This document shows, piece by piece, positions 18,721 through 27,755 of a stretch of 64,000 nt of DNA. Every line of letters begins with the position of its first letter. Within the stretch, counting starts at the first letter, position 1. Made by a program: the position numbers and the translations under genes. Under the pieces are notes generated by a model. It was not told the DNA's origin. It was given only the letters and a program-made list of their open reading frames with translations, and ran no database searches. Source of the DNA: Microgenomates group bacterium GW2011_GWF2_46_18 (lineage in GTDB: Bacteria > Patescibacteriota > Microgenomatia > UBA1400 > UBA12108); assembly GCA_001002415.1 (NCBI GenBank), contig LCMB01000005.1, positions 13,621 through 77,620 on the forward strand, given 5' to 3'.

Positions 18721-19350
18721 ATGACAGGTAACTTTGATATTCAGCCCTACAGTCTAGATGGATTAAAAAATGTGCTGGGAGTAAGGGGCGAAGCTACCCA
18801 CAATGAAGTATTTTCGACATTTGAGCAAGCTGTGTATAAAACAGAAAATGATTTGCCTCAAGGTTTTACGGTCTGGGTCAATGAAAATGACCTAGGATCA
18901 ACCGCTGTCTATAATGCGGGTCACAAAAACTCCTGGTTTTTAGCAAAAAGAATGATAATAAATGGACAAAAGGTACGAGAAGAGGTCGCCGGGAATTACC
19001 CTCAAGGTAAAACCAATGTGTCAATCTCAGTAGATAGAGAAACAGGTTCTCCATTTGTATCATGTCGAGTTTTTGTTGATGGCTCACTAGTCGCTAGTCG
19101 TACTAGCCCAGCCGACTGGGCAGGTCAACAAGCAGACGCATTCACGAGACAAGTGGCAGAAGCTCAGGGTGACGACCCATCGAGGTTGGATAAAACGCTC
19201 GGTGACGACAGATCTCCATATCCATTTGCTATGAAAATGTTAAACGATTTTGCAAACTCGAAACCGGATCAAAGAAGAATTGAGCAAATGTTTAACAAGA
19301 TGAAGCAAAGCCATACAACAGTAAAGAATTCTGATTATCTAATGGGTTAG
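18721..19350 (+). CDS. Hypothetical protein of atypical composition
   Basis: 209-aa ORF. The region is A-rich and lacks the local C-skew. Confidence 0.7.
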   Translation: MTGNFDIQPYSLDGLKNVLGVRGEATHNEVFSTFEQAVYKTENDLPQGFTVWVNENDLGSTAVYNAGHKNSWFLAKRMIINGQKVREEVAGNYPQGKTNVSISVDRETGSPFVSCRVFVDGSLVASRTSPADWAGQQADAFTRQVAEAQGDDPSRLDKTLGDDRSPYPFAMKMLNDFANSKPDQRRIEQMFNKMKQSHTTVKNSDYLMG

Positions 19351-19421
19351 TCGAATTCTTGAGGTAGGTTATAACATCGGATATAGTTCCCCGCCATCCC
19401 TACTTGTGTATAATCCGCGCT

Positions 19422-19832
19422 ATGATCATCACTATCTGCGGTAGCATGCAGTTTCACCGGGAAATGCAAACCACCAAGCAAGAGCTTGAATCTCGTGGTT
19501 TTACCGTCTTCGCCCCCGACGAACTCGACAACGTAAAAAGCAACGAGTCCTACATGAAGAACGACGAAGACAAAATCAATGCCAAAATCGAATACGACTT
19601 CATCCGTGAACACTTCAAAAAAGTCGAGGCCGCCGATGCTATTTTGATCCTCAACTACCCCAAACATGGTATCGATGGCTATATTGGCGGTAACACCTTC
19701 CTCGAAATGGGGTACGCCTTTGGTCAAGGTAAAAAAATCTATCTTCTCCATCCCATTCCCAAAATGGACTACTACACCGAAATGGTTGCCATCCAGCCCG
19801 TTATTCTCAATGGAGATCTCGGTCGTATATAA
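19422..19832 (+). CDS. Nucleoside deoxyribosyltransferase-like fold protein
   Basis: ITICGSM...ADAILILN...YIGGNTFLEMGYA..GKKIY; TATAAT 7 nt upstream. Confidence 0.65.
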   Translation: MIITICGSMQFHREMQTTKQELESRGFTVFAPDELDNVKSNESYMKNDEDKINAKIEYDFIREHFKKVEAADAILILNYPKHGIDGYIGGNTFLEMGYAFGQGKKIYLLHPIPKMDYYTEMVAIQPVILNGDLGRI

Positions 19833-19839
19833 TAGGAAT

Positions 19840-20229
19840 ATGTTCATTAAGCTTCTCCTCGAATCCTTGTTTGCTTTTCTTGTCATTGATCTGGTTTGGA
19901 TTTCTCAAGTTGCCTCCCCCTGGATGAAAAAAGCTGTTCCTCATTTGCTGTCCGCTTCCCCCAATCTTTTGGCTGCCCTCGCTTTCTACCTCCTTTATCT
20001 TTCTATCTTCCTCATTCTTATCCTCATCCCTGCCCTTACTCATAAATCCGGCTACTCCACTCTTGCCTTTCAATCCTTTATCTTTGGTCTAGCCGCCTAC
20101 GCTACTTACGATTTGACCAATCTTGCTGTTATGAAAGGCTATCCTCTTAGTATGGCTCTCGCCGATATGCTTTGGGGTGGTCTTGTTACCATGCTCACCG
20201 CTTTGATTATTTACAAACTAAACATCTAA
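19840..20229 (+). CDS. DUF2177-like membrane protein
   Basis: IDLVWI, YATYDLTNLA and DMLWGG; TATAAT 6 nt upstream. Confidence 0.75.
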   Translation: MFIKLLLESLFAFLVIDLVWISQVASPWMKKAVPHLLSASPNLLAALAFYLLYLSIFLILILIPALTHKSGYSTLAFQSFIFGLAAYATYDLTNLAVMKGYPLSMALADMLWGGLVTMLTALIIYKLNI

Positions 20230-20241
20230 GAAAGGTCACTC

Positions 20242-20847
20242 ATGAAAAAATTTCTTCCCCTGATTCTACTTATCATTCTCTTGGGCGGCATCGGCTACTA
20301 CCTCAAAACCAAATCCCCTTCTGTTTCTCCTAATACTCAAACTGTTAGCCAAAGCATGAGTGAAGCCGAAGAATTCGCCAAGGCCATCGAATCCGGTCGG
20401 CCCACTTTGTGTACTATGGCTAGGAATACCGACAAAATGGAATACTTTCTCAAAGGCAAAAAAATGTATGTCAACATGACCAATATTATCGAAAACAAAA
20501 CTGTCATCTCCCATATGATCAATGATGAAAAATACCTCTATCTTTGGACTGACGGCCAAAAGCAGGGAAGTAAAATGAATCTTCTCACTTCTCCTCTCCC
20601 CAACGCCTCTCCCACCTCCACTCCCTCTTCCCCCAAATTCGAAAGCCAATCCGATTACGAGGGTTTGAAAGCCGAAGGCTACACCATCAACTGCCAGGCT
20701 AGTAATATCGATGATACCGCCTTTGTTCCACCCCAAGATGTGAATTTTATCGATCCTTCTAGTCTCCTCCAACAATTTGATCTCAGCAAACTTCAGGAGC
20801 TTCAATCTCAATATGGCGAAGAGGAGATGGAAACCGACAACCCCTAA
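20242..20847 (+). CDS. Membrane-anchored or exported hypothetical protein
   Basis: N-terminal signal anchor MKKFLPLILLIILLGGIGYY; two Cys. Confidence 0.75.
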   Translation: MKKFLPLILLIILLGGIGYYLKTKSPSVSPNTQTVSQSMSEAEEFAKAIESGRPTLCTMARNTDKMEYFLKGKKMYVNMTNIIENKTVISHMINDEKYLYLWTDGQKQGSKMNLLTSPLPNASPTSTPSSPKFESQSDYEGLKAEGYTINCQASNIDDTAFVPPQDVNFIDPSSLLQQFDLSKLQELQSQYGEEEMETDNP

Positions 20848-20850
20848 TAA

Positions 20851-21516
20851 CTAGCGCGCTATCGCAAGTCCCCACACTTCTTTAGCCCCTTGATCTTTCA
20901 AGATTTTGGCACACTCTCGCATTGTCGCTCCCGTCGTCCACACATCATCCACCAAAATTACTCTCTTATTTACTCTCTCAACTTTCCTCCGAAAGGCTTC
21001 TGCCACGTTTTTTTCCCTCTCCTCTCTCTTTAATCCATACATTGGCTTAGTCACCCTCACTCTCTCCAACATTCTCACATATTCAAGGTTGTACTGTTTG
21101 GCCACCAGCTTAGCCAATACTTCTGCTTGATTAAATCCTCTTTCTTTTTCTTTTTCCTTCCACATTGGTACGCTGGTTACCACCAAATCCTTGCTTCCCT
21201 CTCTCAACATTTGCTCATCAAATTTCTCTTTCCCAAGCCTAAATAAAAATTCAATTCGATCCCATTGGCTTTTGTACTTTACCTTCTTCAAACCTTGCTG
21301 CACTATTCCTCGGTATGGTAATCCCACTCCAAGTCGGTCCATTCCTCGTTTTTTTCTGCATCTAGGGTGTGTCCATCCCCCCAAACTAGGGCGGCAGCAC
21401 ATGGGGCAAATACCCTCTGGGTAGACTAATTTTTTCTGGCATTTTGAGCAAATATACTCCCCTCGCTCGCCGCATCCCTCGCAAGCTTTAGGAAAAATTA
21501 GTTCAATCCATTCCAT
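20851..21516 (-). CDS. comF: ComF family competence protein (zinc ribbon plus PRTase domain)
   Basis: CxxC pairs, RGFNQAE and LVDDVWTTGAT motifs. Confidence 0.9.
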   Translation of the reverse strand: MEWIELIFPKACEGCGERGEYICSKCQKKLVYPEGICPMCCRPSLGGWTHPRCRKKRGMDRLGVGLPYRGIVQQGLKKVKYKSQWDRIEFLFRLGKEKFDEQMLREGSKDLVVTSVPMWKEKEKERGFNQAEVLAKLVAKQYNLEYVRMLERVRVTKPMYGLKREEREKNVAEAFRRKVERVNKRVILVDDVWTTGATMRECAKILKDQGAKEVWGLAIAR

Positions 21517-21579
21517 CCATCTAAATTGTAGCTCAGAAAGTTGAAATTTGCGCGATACTATGATATATTATGAGCCATT

Positions 21580-21985
21580 GGGGACGTCTTGCTTTGACGT
21601 ATACCAGCTCTTTAACATCTGCATACCGACTTTGACTAAGGAAGTCGTAAAACAGAGTCAAAAAACAACTGTCAACACTTTGAAGACAGCAGCTAAGAAC
21701 GTTGTCGCCTTTCTCTTCGGAGATGGCGTCGGCACTTACGCTCCTAGTTTCGCTTTAGCTTAACTGGCATTCACGTCCTACTCGCTTATGGGGAAGATGT
21801 GGGTGGAAACACACATAAGCCGTAAGTTGGATCCGGTCAATCCAACCCATATCAACGACCACCCTCGTGTTACTCTTGGTCTGATAATTACCTAAGTAGC
21901 TAGAGGTAAAAACCAAAATTTATCTATGTATGTAGATGGTGTTACAGGCGGCATGCGGACGAGGGCTCACTGCCCTCCGTCTCCA
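21580..21985 (+). ncRNA. ssrA: tmRNA
   Basis: Acceptor GGGGACG/CGTCTCC-A with a G3-U70 pair; T-stem GAGGG/CCCTC; tag frame ending ...PSFALA-stop at 21763; smpB adjacent. Confidence 0.9.
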
Positions 21986-21988
21986 CTC

Positions 21989-22420
21989 TTAATTCTTCAT
22001 GGCCTTGGCCATTTCTCGATCAACATCTCTTTTCTTGATATCTTCTCGTTTCTCCCATTCTTTCTTCCCCTTCCCAATCCCTATCTCACACTTCACCCAC
22101 CTCCCCTGGAAAAACAAGCGGAGTGGAACCAGGGTCAGTGGTTTGCCTTCAATCTGTTGCTGAATTTTCAAAATCTCTTTAGCTTTCATTAGGAGTTTGC
22201 GCGATCGTTTGGCATCATATTCTTTGCCCGAATAATGACTATATTGGGGTAAATCCGCCCCCACCAAATATAATTCCCCATTGATTAGTTTCACGTATCC
22301 ATCCCGCAAACTTCCTCTCCCCCCCCGCAAACTCTTGACTTCCGCCCCCGTCAACACCACCCCCGCCACGTACGTGTCAGTGATCGCATACTCCCTCTTA
22401 GCCAGTTTATTAATAATCAT
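21989..22420 (-). CDS. smpB: SsrA-binding protein
   Basis: AGVVLTGAEVKSLR, RSRKLL and GKGKKEWEKRE motifs. Confidence 0.96.
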   Translation of the reverse strand: MIINKLAKREYAITDTYVAGVVLTGAEVKSLRGGRGSLRDGYVKLINGELYLVGADLPQYSHYSGKEYDAKRSRKLLMKAKEILKIQQQIEGKPLTLVPLRLFFQGRWVKCEIGIGKGKKEWEKREDIKKRDVDREMAKAMKN

Positions 22421-22464
22421 ACTGATATTCTACCCCAGGTCGACAAAATATTACCTTCCAGCTT

Positions 22465-24186
22465 CTACAATCCAAATTCCTTCACCTCATTCTCGATCAA
22501 CACGTACGCCTTATTCTTGTACACCACCAAATCGGTCGCTTTCGTCAATTCTTCATTCAAGTACTGTGCCTGGTACTTCCCATCCAGTCCCAACACGATC
22601 ATTCTCGCCTTCCCCTTTTCTACGATGTATACCGCCGTCTCCCCCACCCACAATGCGGTTGGATCATCCAATATTTCTCCTCCCGGCACTCCCTCCAACG
22701 TAAACTTCACCGGCACTCCCCGCGAATATCGCTCCAACTTCCCGCTTTTGGTTATAATCCACACATCTCCAGTCACCCTCATCTGCACCACCTTGGATAA
22801 ATCGAGGGCAATCCCCGGCCCCAACCATCTTTTTCGGGTTCCGAACCCATCTGTAATTACGGGATACTTCCAAATCTCACTCGTTCCCAAATCCAGTAAA
22901 TACAAATTTCCCGCATAACTTTCAACCTGCACTACATTCCCCCAAAGTTCGTCCGGCTCAATCACAATCTTATTTTTTGTTTCATCTTGATTAAGTTCCG
23001 CCACTCCCGAATCCACCAATCCATATATTTTCTTGTCAAACACTGCCAAACTTTTTACTTTTCCAATCTCTCCAGTTTCTATTACAATTCTCGACTTGTC
23101 ATCAATATTCATTGCTACCACTCGATTATTGTTTGTATCAGGGAACATTGCTGTCCCTACCGAATCAACCATCATCGTTTTACTACTTAACCCGCTCGCC
23201 AGGACCGACAACTCAATTGTTTTGGTTAAAGCGGTCTTATTTACTTTAAAAATACTTTCCTTGGCCTCGTTCACCGTTCTAACCAACTCTGCTCCCTTTG
23301 TCTTTTCCTGTTCACGTCGCTGGCTTTCTGTGTATCCCTGGGCGGCCTCCCCAGCTTGGTTCAATAAATCTTCCGCCCTTCCTGGATTGAGATCAGCCAC
23401 ACTCCTCGCCTCCCCAATCTGCTGTTCCACCTGCTCCTTGACTGCTGAATATGCCTCTTGTCTCACCTTTACTTGCCGCTTCCATAATCCCAAACCCACC
23501 ATAATTATCAAAAATATCAAAGCAAAAACAGCCAATCCCACATTCAATTTTTGTGGTCCCTCACTCCATCCTCTTACCCTAATTGGACGCTCTGTAAGCC
23601 GCGCCATTATCACTCCAATCCCACTCTTTTCCTCTCGTTCGTAACTAATCATTAATCCCGCTGCTCGGCTTGAATCTTCTTTCCCGTGTAGTTGTGGCGC
23701 AATTGCTTCCGCCGCCTCCTCTCCCCCTCGGCACAACTCTTGTAGTTTCTCCTCTCCCACCAACTCTTTAACCCCCATTGTCATTACTATCAAAGTATCT
23801 CCCTCTATTAATTTGCCCACTATTCCCCGCTCTAGTTCAGTCGCTTCTCCCAATTTCGCCAACTTCCCTCCTCGGACCAAATATGTTTCTATTTCACCAT
23901 TCCCCGTTATTTTTACTCTTTCATCCTCAATTTTTATCATTGCCAATGAAGCTTTAATCCCTTCTCCCATCCCCGAAATCACTCCCTCTTCCGTCACCAT
24001 CTCTTCTTTCGCTCCCTCTACAATCGAAGATCCTATCGAGACTAAGTCTATTAGTTCCCCCCCCTCTTTCCTTTCCACTTGTACCACTATTCCCACTCCC
24101 CCTCTTTCACTCGAAAAAAACTGTGCTTGTGACCAGCAATCCAAAGTCGGTGTCCCAACTACTGTGCTTGTCTTTATTTTGTTCAT
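22465..24186 (-). CDS. Single-pass membrane protein with a degenerate PP2C-like N-terminus and a beta-propeller-like C-terminus
   Basis: Central TM segment, coiled coil, and repeated YLLD/VWII/VYIV blade-like strands. Confidence 0.6.
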   Translation of the reverse strand: MNKIKTSTVVGTPTLDCWSQAQFFSSERGGVGIVVQVERKEGGELIDLVSIGSSIVEGAKEEMVTEEGVISGMGEGIKASLAMIKIEDERVKITGNGEIETYLVRGGKLAKLGEATELERGIVGKLIEGDTLIVMTMGVKELVGEEKLQELCRGGEEAAEAIAPQLHGKEDSSRAAGLMISYEREEKSGIGVIMARLTERPIRVRGWSEGPQKLNVGLAVFALIFLIIMVGLGLWKRQVKVRQEAYSAVKEQVEQQIGEARSVADLNPGRAEDLLNQAGEAAQGYTESQRREQEKTKGAELVRTVNEAKESIFKVNKTALTKTIELSVLASGLSSKTMMVDSVGTAMFPDTNNNRVVAMNIDDKSRIVIETGEIGKVKSLAVFDKKIYGLVDSGVAELNQDETKNKIVIEPDELWGNVVQVESYAGNLYLLDLGTSEIWKYPVITDGFGTRKRWLGPGIALDLSKVVQMRVTGDVWIITKSGKLERYSRGVPVKFTLEGVPGGEILDDPTALWVGETAVYIVEKGKARMIVLGLDGKYQAQYLNEELTKATDLVVYKNKAYVLIENEVKEFGL

Positions 24187-24196
24187 CTCTTCGTCT

Positions 24197-24424
24197 TTAC
24201 AAAAATATTACCGCCATCACCAATACCACAATCGCAAATCCAAAATGGAAAACTCCCATCATCCGAATTACCAAATCATCTTTCATCGCCACTGCCCTAG
24301 TCATGGCCGCAATTTGACGCATCATTAACAAAGCGAAAATGGCATACACTAGTAGCAATATCCCCATCATTACCTTTACTACTCCTAGCAAGGTAATTGA
24401 TTGTAATATTCCAATCGGATCCAT
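24197..24424 (-). CDS. Small two-TM hypothetical protein
   Basis: 75-aa hydrophobic ORF in an operon-like arrangement. Confidence 0.7.
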   Translation of the reverse strand: MDPIGILQSITLLGVVKVMMGILLLVYAIFALLMMRQIAAMTRAVAMKDDLVIRMMGVFHFGFAIVVLVMAVIFL

Positions 24425-25039
24425 TTATTTTACCCTTCCCTCTAATTTTTCCTGTTCTTCCATATCAATCATTTGATTAATAATCTTGCCTACCTTGTCT
24501 GGCTTAGGAATCGCCAAAAACTCGAACTCTGGCACTTCCGCTGCTGTCTGAATAAATACACTTCCATATCCAAAAAATGTTTCCAAGGCTCCCGATGACT
24601 GGATACTTAAATCTTGAATCTCCTCGATCTTGGCTGTCGAAATTCGACGGAAAAAAATGTTTTTAAAATCCACATCCACTATCCGCTCATCCGTCACCAT
24701 ATAAATATTAAAAAACCATCCCATAAATTTGGCGAGAGCAAAGCCGCTCACAAACAAATACCATCCCAAAGAAACCACAAACTGATAACCCATGGGTAGT
24801 AATGCATACGGCGGGAAAAATCCAAACACCGACGGCAACGTCAGCATAACTATTGCTAGTAACACCCAACCCACATTCACAATCGGGTGTTGTCGGATAA
24901 ACAGTACTACCGTCTCCCCATCATCCTGAGTTTCAAAACCAACCTGCGCTGGGAATGAACTAAGACTAGTAAACAAAGAATCCGATCCCAACCTCCCGAC
25001 TGCCTCTCTAATCTTCTTGACCGATAGCCGTTCCCCCAT
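24425..25039 (-). CDS. Membrane protein with a bacterial PH domain
   Basis: RQHP, two TM segments, YMVTDERIVD, IQD and GYGSVFIQTAAE. Confidence 0.8.
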   Translation of the reverse strand: MGERLSVKKIREAVGRLGSDSLFTSLSSFPAQVGFETQDDGETVVLFIRQHPIVNVGWVLLAIVMLTLPSVFGFFPPYALLPMGYQFVVSLGWYLFVSGFALAKFMGWFFNIYMVTDERIVDVDFKNIFFRRISTAKIEEIQDLSIQSSGALETFFGYGSVFIQTAAEVPEFEFLAIPKPDKVGKIINQMIDMEEQEKLEGRVK

Positions 25040-25066
25040 AACTATATGGTACCATAAGCCTCAATC

Positions 25067-26773
25067 TTATTTCTTCTCAATATTGAATAATCCAGATTTT
25101 AAGGAAATTCTTCCTGGCGACCGTAAGTTAAAGGCTTTCTTAAAATCCGCCCCACTGATGGGTACTTCACCCTTATTAGTCTGGAAGGTTACCGTGGCTG
25201 TCACCCCATTACCCGCATAAGTTACGCTCACCCCGCTGACGCTGACAAACCCACCAATCCCCCGTAACTCTTCTTTACTGTAAGGGTTCCCTCCCCAACA
25301 ACTTGATTCTGGTGTGACTCTCCCGCTATCACCTCCCCCGTTAAACAACACTTTCCACGCATTCAAAATGTCTGCCATCTCCTCACTGTTTAACCATGGG
25401 TGGCTTCTTCCACACGCATCCCCCGACCTAGTTCGGTACCATGCCTTATAAAACCACGGACTTCCCGCTGTTTTTTCGTACGCTTGGGCGGTCCATCCTC
25501 CTTGCCCGCTCGGAGTATCCCAAAATCCAGGGGTACTATATCCGTTGGCACTATATGACTCTTGATATCCTCCCGAAGTCGACGCATACCAGGATGAAAA
25601 CGGATTTCCATTGGCATAGATTACCTTACCTCGGGTCGCATTCACTGCTTCCTCCCACTTACCTCCCTTAGGACTCGGTTTAAACACTTGACATGCCTCG
25701 GTAGCGCAAATTTCTCCCCCGCGGGCGAGCGCATAACTTCTCGCCGCCACAGCCTGTGCTTTCAAAGCCTCCATTCCTCCCTCATCTCCCCATGAACCCG
25801 GCATTTCGTAAATCCGTTTGGCGTATTCTTCCAAGGAATAGGTCCCGTAGCCTGTGACTGTAATTTGAGCATCAGGATTATGATCTCTAATTTCAATTCC
25901 ACCCCCATAGTAGGCCTTTAAGATTTGTTCATATCCCTGTCCCTGCTTGGCTCTCCCCAAAGCTCCATACTGACTCATTCCCTTAAAGTGAGGTGCACCA
26001 AAACTAAAGGCTGCAAAAGCCGGCGAAAAGCCAGGATTATAGTCTGGTCGACTGGCCGGATCATCTGCCAAAGGGACCTCTCCCACCGTTGTTTGAAATG
26101 TTCCTGATTTTTCTGTCAAAATAGCCTGCTGTTTGGCCGTTAATGTGGCAATTTTCCCTGACAATTCAGCTTGCCATTTTTTTGCTCCCGCAATTTCCTT
26201 TTCAAAAAAAGCTTTCTGTGTATCCAGTTTCGCCTGCAAACCGGCGAGTTTAGCTTTGTCCGCCTCAATCTGTTTTTTGTCCTCTTCAAGTTGCATGATC
26301 TCAGTCGTAATTCTCACAATCAAGTTCTTATCCTCATCCGCACTCGCTTGCTTATAAGTGAGCCCCCTTGTTAGTTCCCCCGCCGATCGAGACGACACCA
26401 TCCATAGCAAGGGGGAGTAAAATCTTGATTTTTTATAATAGTCCCGCACTTTTGCCGCCAGCACTGCGTATTGATTCTTGATCGTCTTTTCTCTCTCGGT
26501 GATACTCCCCGCCAACTCTTGCATCCGTATCTCTGACTGTTTGATCTGCGACCCAATTCCATCCAATTGCTTCTTTAATTTCGCCACTTCCGATTCTAGT
26601 GGAGTAGTTGCCGCTACCGATAATTGCATCTGGTGCTGCAACTCGGTAATTTGGGCTTCAATTTCTTCCAGTGATTCAGCTCTTACTCCCATTCGCTGTG
26701 CTAAAATAATTCCCAGCACCAATCCTAAACTGACTATGAATAAACTTTTCCACCATTTCCTCATTTTCTCCAT
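25067..26773 (-). CDS. Exported coiled-coil protein with a SpoIID/LytB-type domain (putative lytic transglycosylase)
   Basis: Signal peptide, long coiled coil, GMSQYGA, EQILKAYY and EALKAQAVAARSYA. Start supported by TGtTAAGAT 7 nt upstream. Confidence 0.82.
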   Translation of the reverse strand: MEKMRKWWKSLFIVSLGLVLGIILAQRMGVRAESLEEIEAQITELQHQMQLSVAATTPLESEVAKLKKQLDGIGSQIKQSEIRMQELAGSITEREKTIKNQYAVLAAKVRDYYKKSRFYSPLLWMVSSRSAGELTRGLTYKQASADEDKNLIVRITTEIMQLEEDKKQIEADKAKLAGLQAKLDTQKAFFEKEIAGAKKWQAELSGKIATLTAKQQAILTEKSGTFQTTVGEVPLADDPASRPDYNPGFSPAFAAFSFGAPHFKGMSQYGALGRAKQGQGYEQILKAYYGGGIEIRDHNPDAQITVTGYGTYSLEEYAKRIYEMPGSWGDEGGMEALKAQAVAARSYALARGGEICATEACQVFKPSPKGGKWEEAVNATRGKVIYANGNPFSSWYASTSGGYQESYSANGYSTPGFWDTPSGQGGWTAQAYEKTAGSPWFYKAWYRTRSGDACGRSHPWLNSEEMADILNAWKVLFNGGGDSGRVTPESSCWGGNPYSKEELRGIGGFVSVSGVSVTYAGNGVTATVTFQTNKGEVPISGADFKKAFNLRSPGRISLKSGLFNIEKK

Positions 26774-27290
26774 CGTTTCTATCTTAACATGGGTCGCGTT
26801 ACCCACTCCTTCAGCCAAGGCTGTTGGCAACTCTTGTTATTCTCTTGGCTGGGCAACCATATGTAGACCCGACTATCCCACTCAATGTAATTTTAACAAA
26901 AGTGACGGGACAGCGGTAAAATCTTGCTGTGGAACCGCAGATCTTTGTGCTGCTTACAAAGCTAGCTTAGCTGAATCTGGAGAAACATTTTCCGCCACCG
27001 GTACTTGTGGTTTAGGCGCCATCGACACCGCCCTTGGCTGTATTCCCTACACCTTTGAAGCCTTTACCCCCGCCCTTTTTGGCTTTTTGGCTGGCTTGGC
27101 CGGCGGGATTGCCCTCATTATCATGCTGATTGCCACCGTTCAAATCATGGTTAGTGGCGACAACGCCGAAGCCGTTAAAAAGGGCAAAGAGCTTTTTACC
27201 GGCGCCGTCACTGGCCTCCTTTTCATTATTTTCTCGGTCACTCTCTTACGTCTCGTTGCCGGTGATATCATCAAACTACCCGGGTTTTAG
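26736..27290 (+). CDS. VirB2/TrbC-like pilin with a Cys-rich N-terminal extension
   Basis: Signal peptide ending AKA, a Cys-rich segment, TALGCIP, then the core SGDNAEAVKKGKELFTGAVTGL. Confidence 0.75.
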   Translation: MNKLFHHFLIFSIVSILTWVALPTPSAKAVGNSCYSLGWATICRPDYPTQCNFNKSDGTAVKSCCGTADLCAAYKASLAESGETFSATGTCGLGAIDTALGCIPYTFEAFTPALFGFLAGLAGGIALIIMLIATVQIMVSGDNAEAVKKGKELFTGAVTGLLFIIFSVTLLRLVAGDIIKLPGF

Positions 27291-27298
27291 GATCTACT

Positions 27299-27604
27299 AT
27301 GAACAATCAAGCTGTCGATTACCCCAAATTAAATCAGGCTCTCGGTAACAATCTGGGTGACAAAAACTTGGGCGGAATTATTAGCGCCGTTCTCCCCACC
27401 CTCCTTTCTCTCGCCGGCCTCATCCTTTTTGGGATGTTAATCTTTGGTGGTTTTACCATGCTCGCCGGTGCCGCCAACAAAGAATCTCAGGAAAAAGGTA
27501 AAAAAATGGTTACCTCAGCTCTCATCGGCTTCTTTGTCATCTTCCTCGCCTACTGGCTCGCCCAAATTCTCCAGGTCATTTTTAAAATTAATATTGTTGG
27601 GTGA
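27299..27604 (+). CDS. VirB2/TrbC-like pilin
   Basis: Two hydrophobic helices around GAANKESQEKGKKMVTSALIG. Confidence 0.78.
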   Translation: MNNQAVDYPKLNQALGNNLGDKNLGGIISAVLPTLLSLAGLILFGMLIFGGFTMLAGAANKESQEKGKKMVTSALIGFFVIFLAYWLAQILQVIFKINIVG

Positions 27605-27621
27605 AAAATCTAACCCGAATC

Positions 27622-27741
27622 GGGTGCAGACGTATTTCACAACTGAAAAAGTTTACACAGCGCCGCCCCGTCGGCGCGAGTTAGAGGCGGCTCACCAGCA
27701 GGTGAGAACGCCGTCTTTTTCAAGTGAAATACGTCGAACCC
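27622..27741. repeat. Structured ~120-nt dispersed element, copy 2
   Basis: Same closing stem as copy 1. The internal hairpins differ in sequence but still pair. Confidence 0.85.
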
Positions 27742-27755
27742 AAAAGAAGTATCCC

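Noticed and set aside
21548..21763. 71-aa ORF as a protein-coding gene
   Set aside because: It runs through the tmRNA, and its 3' part is the tag reading frame.
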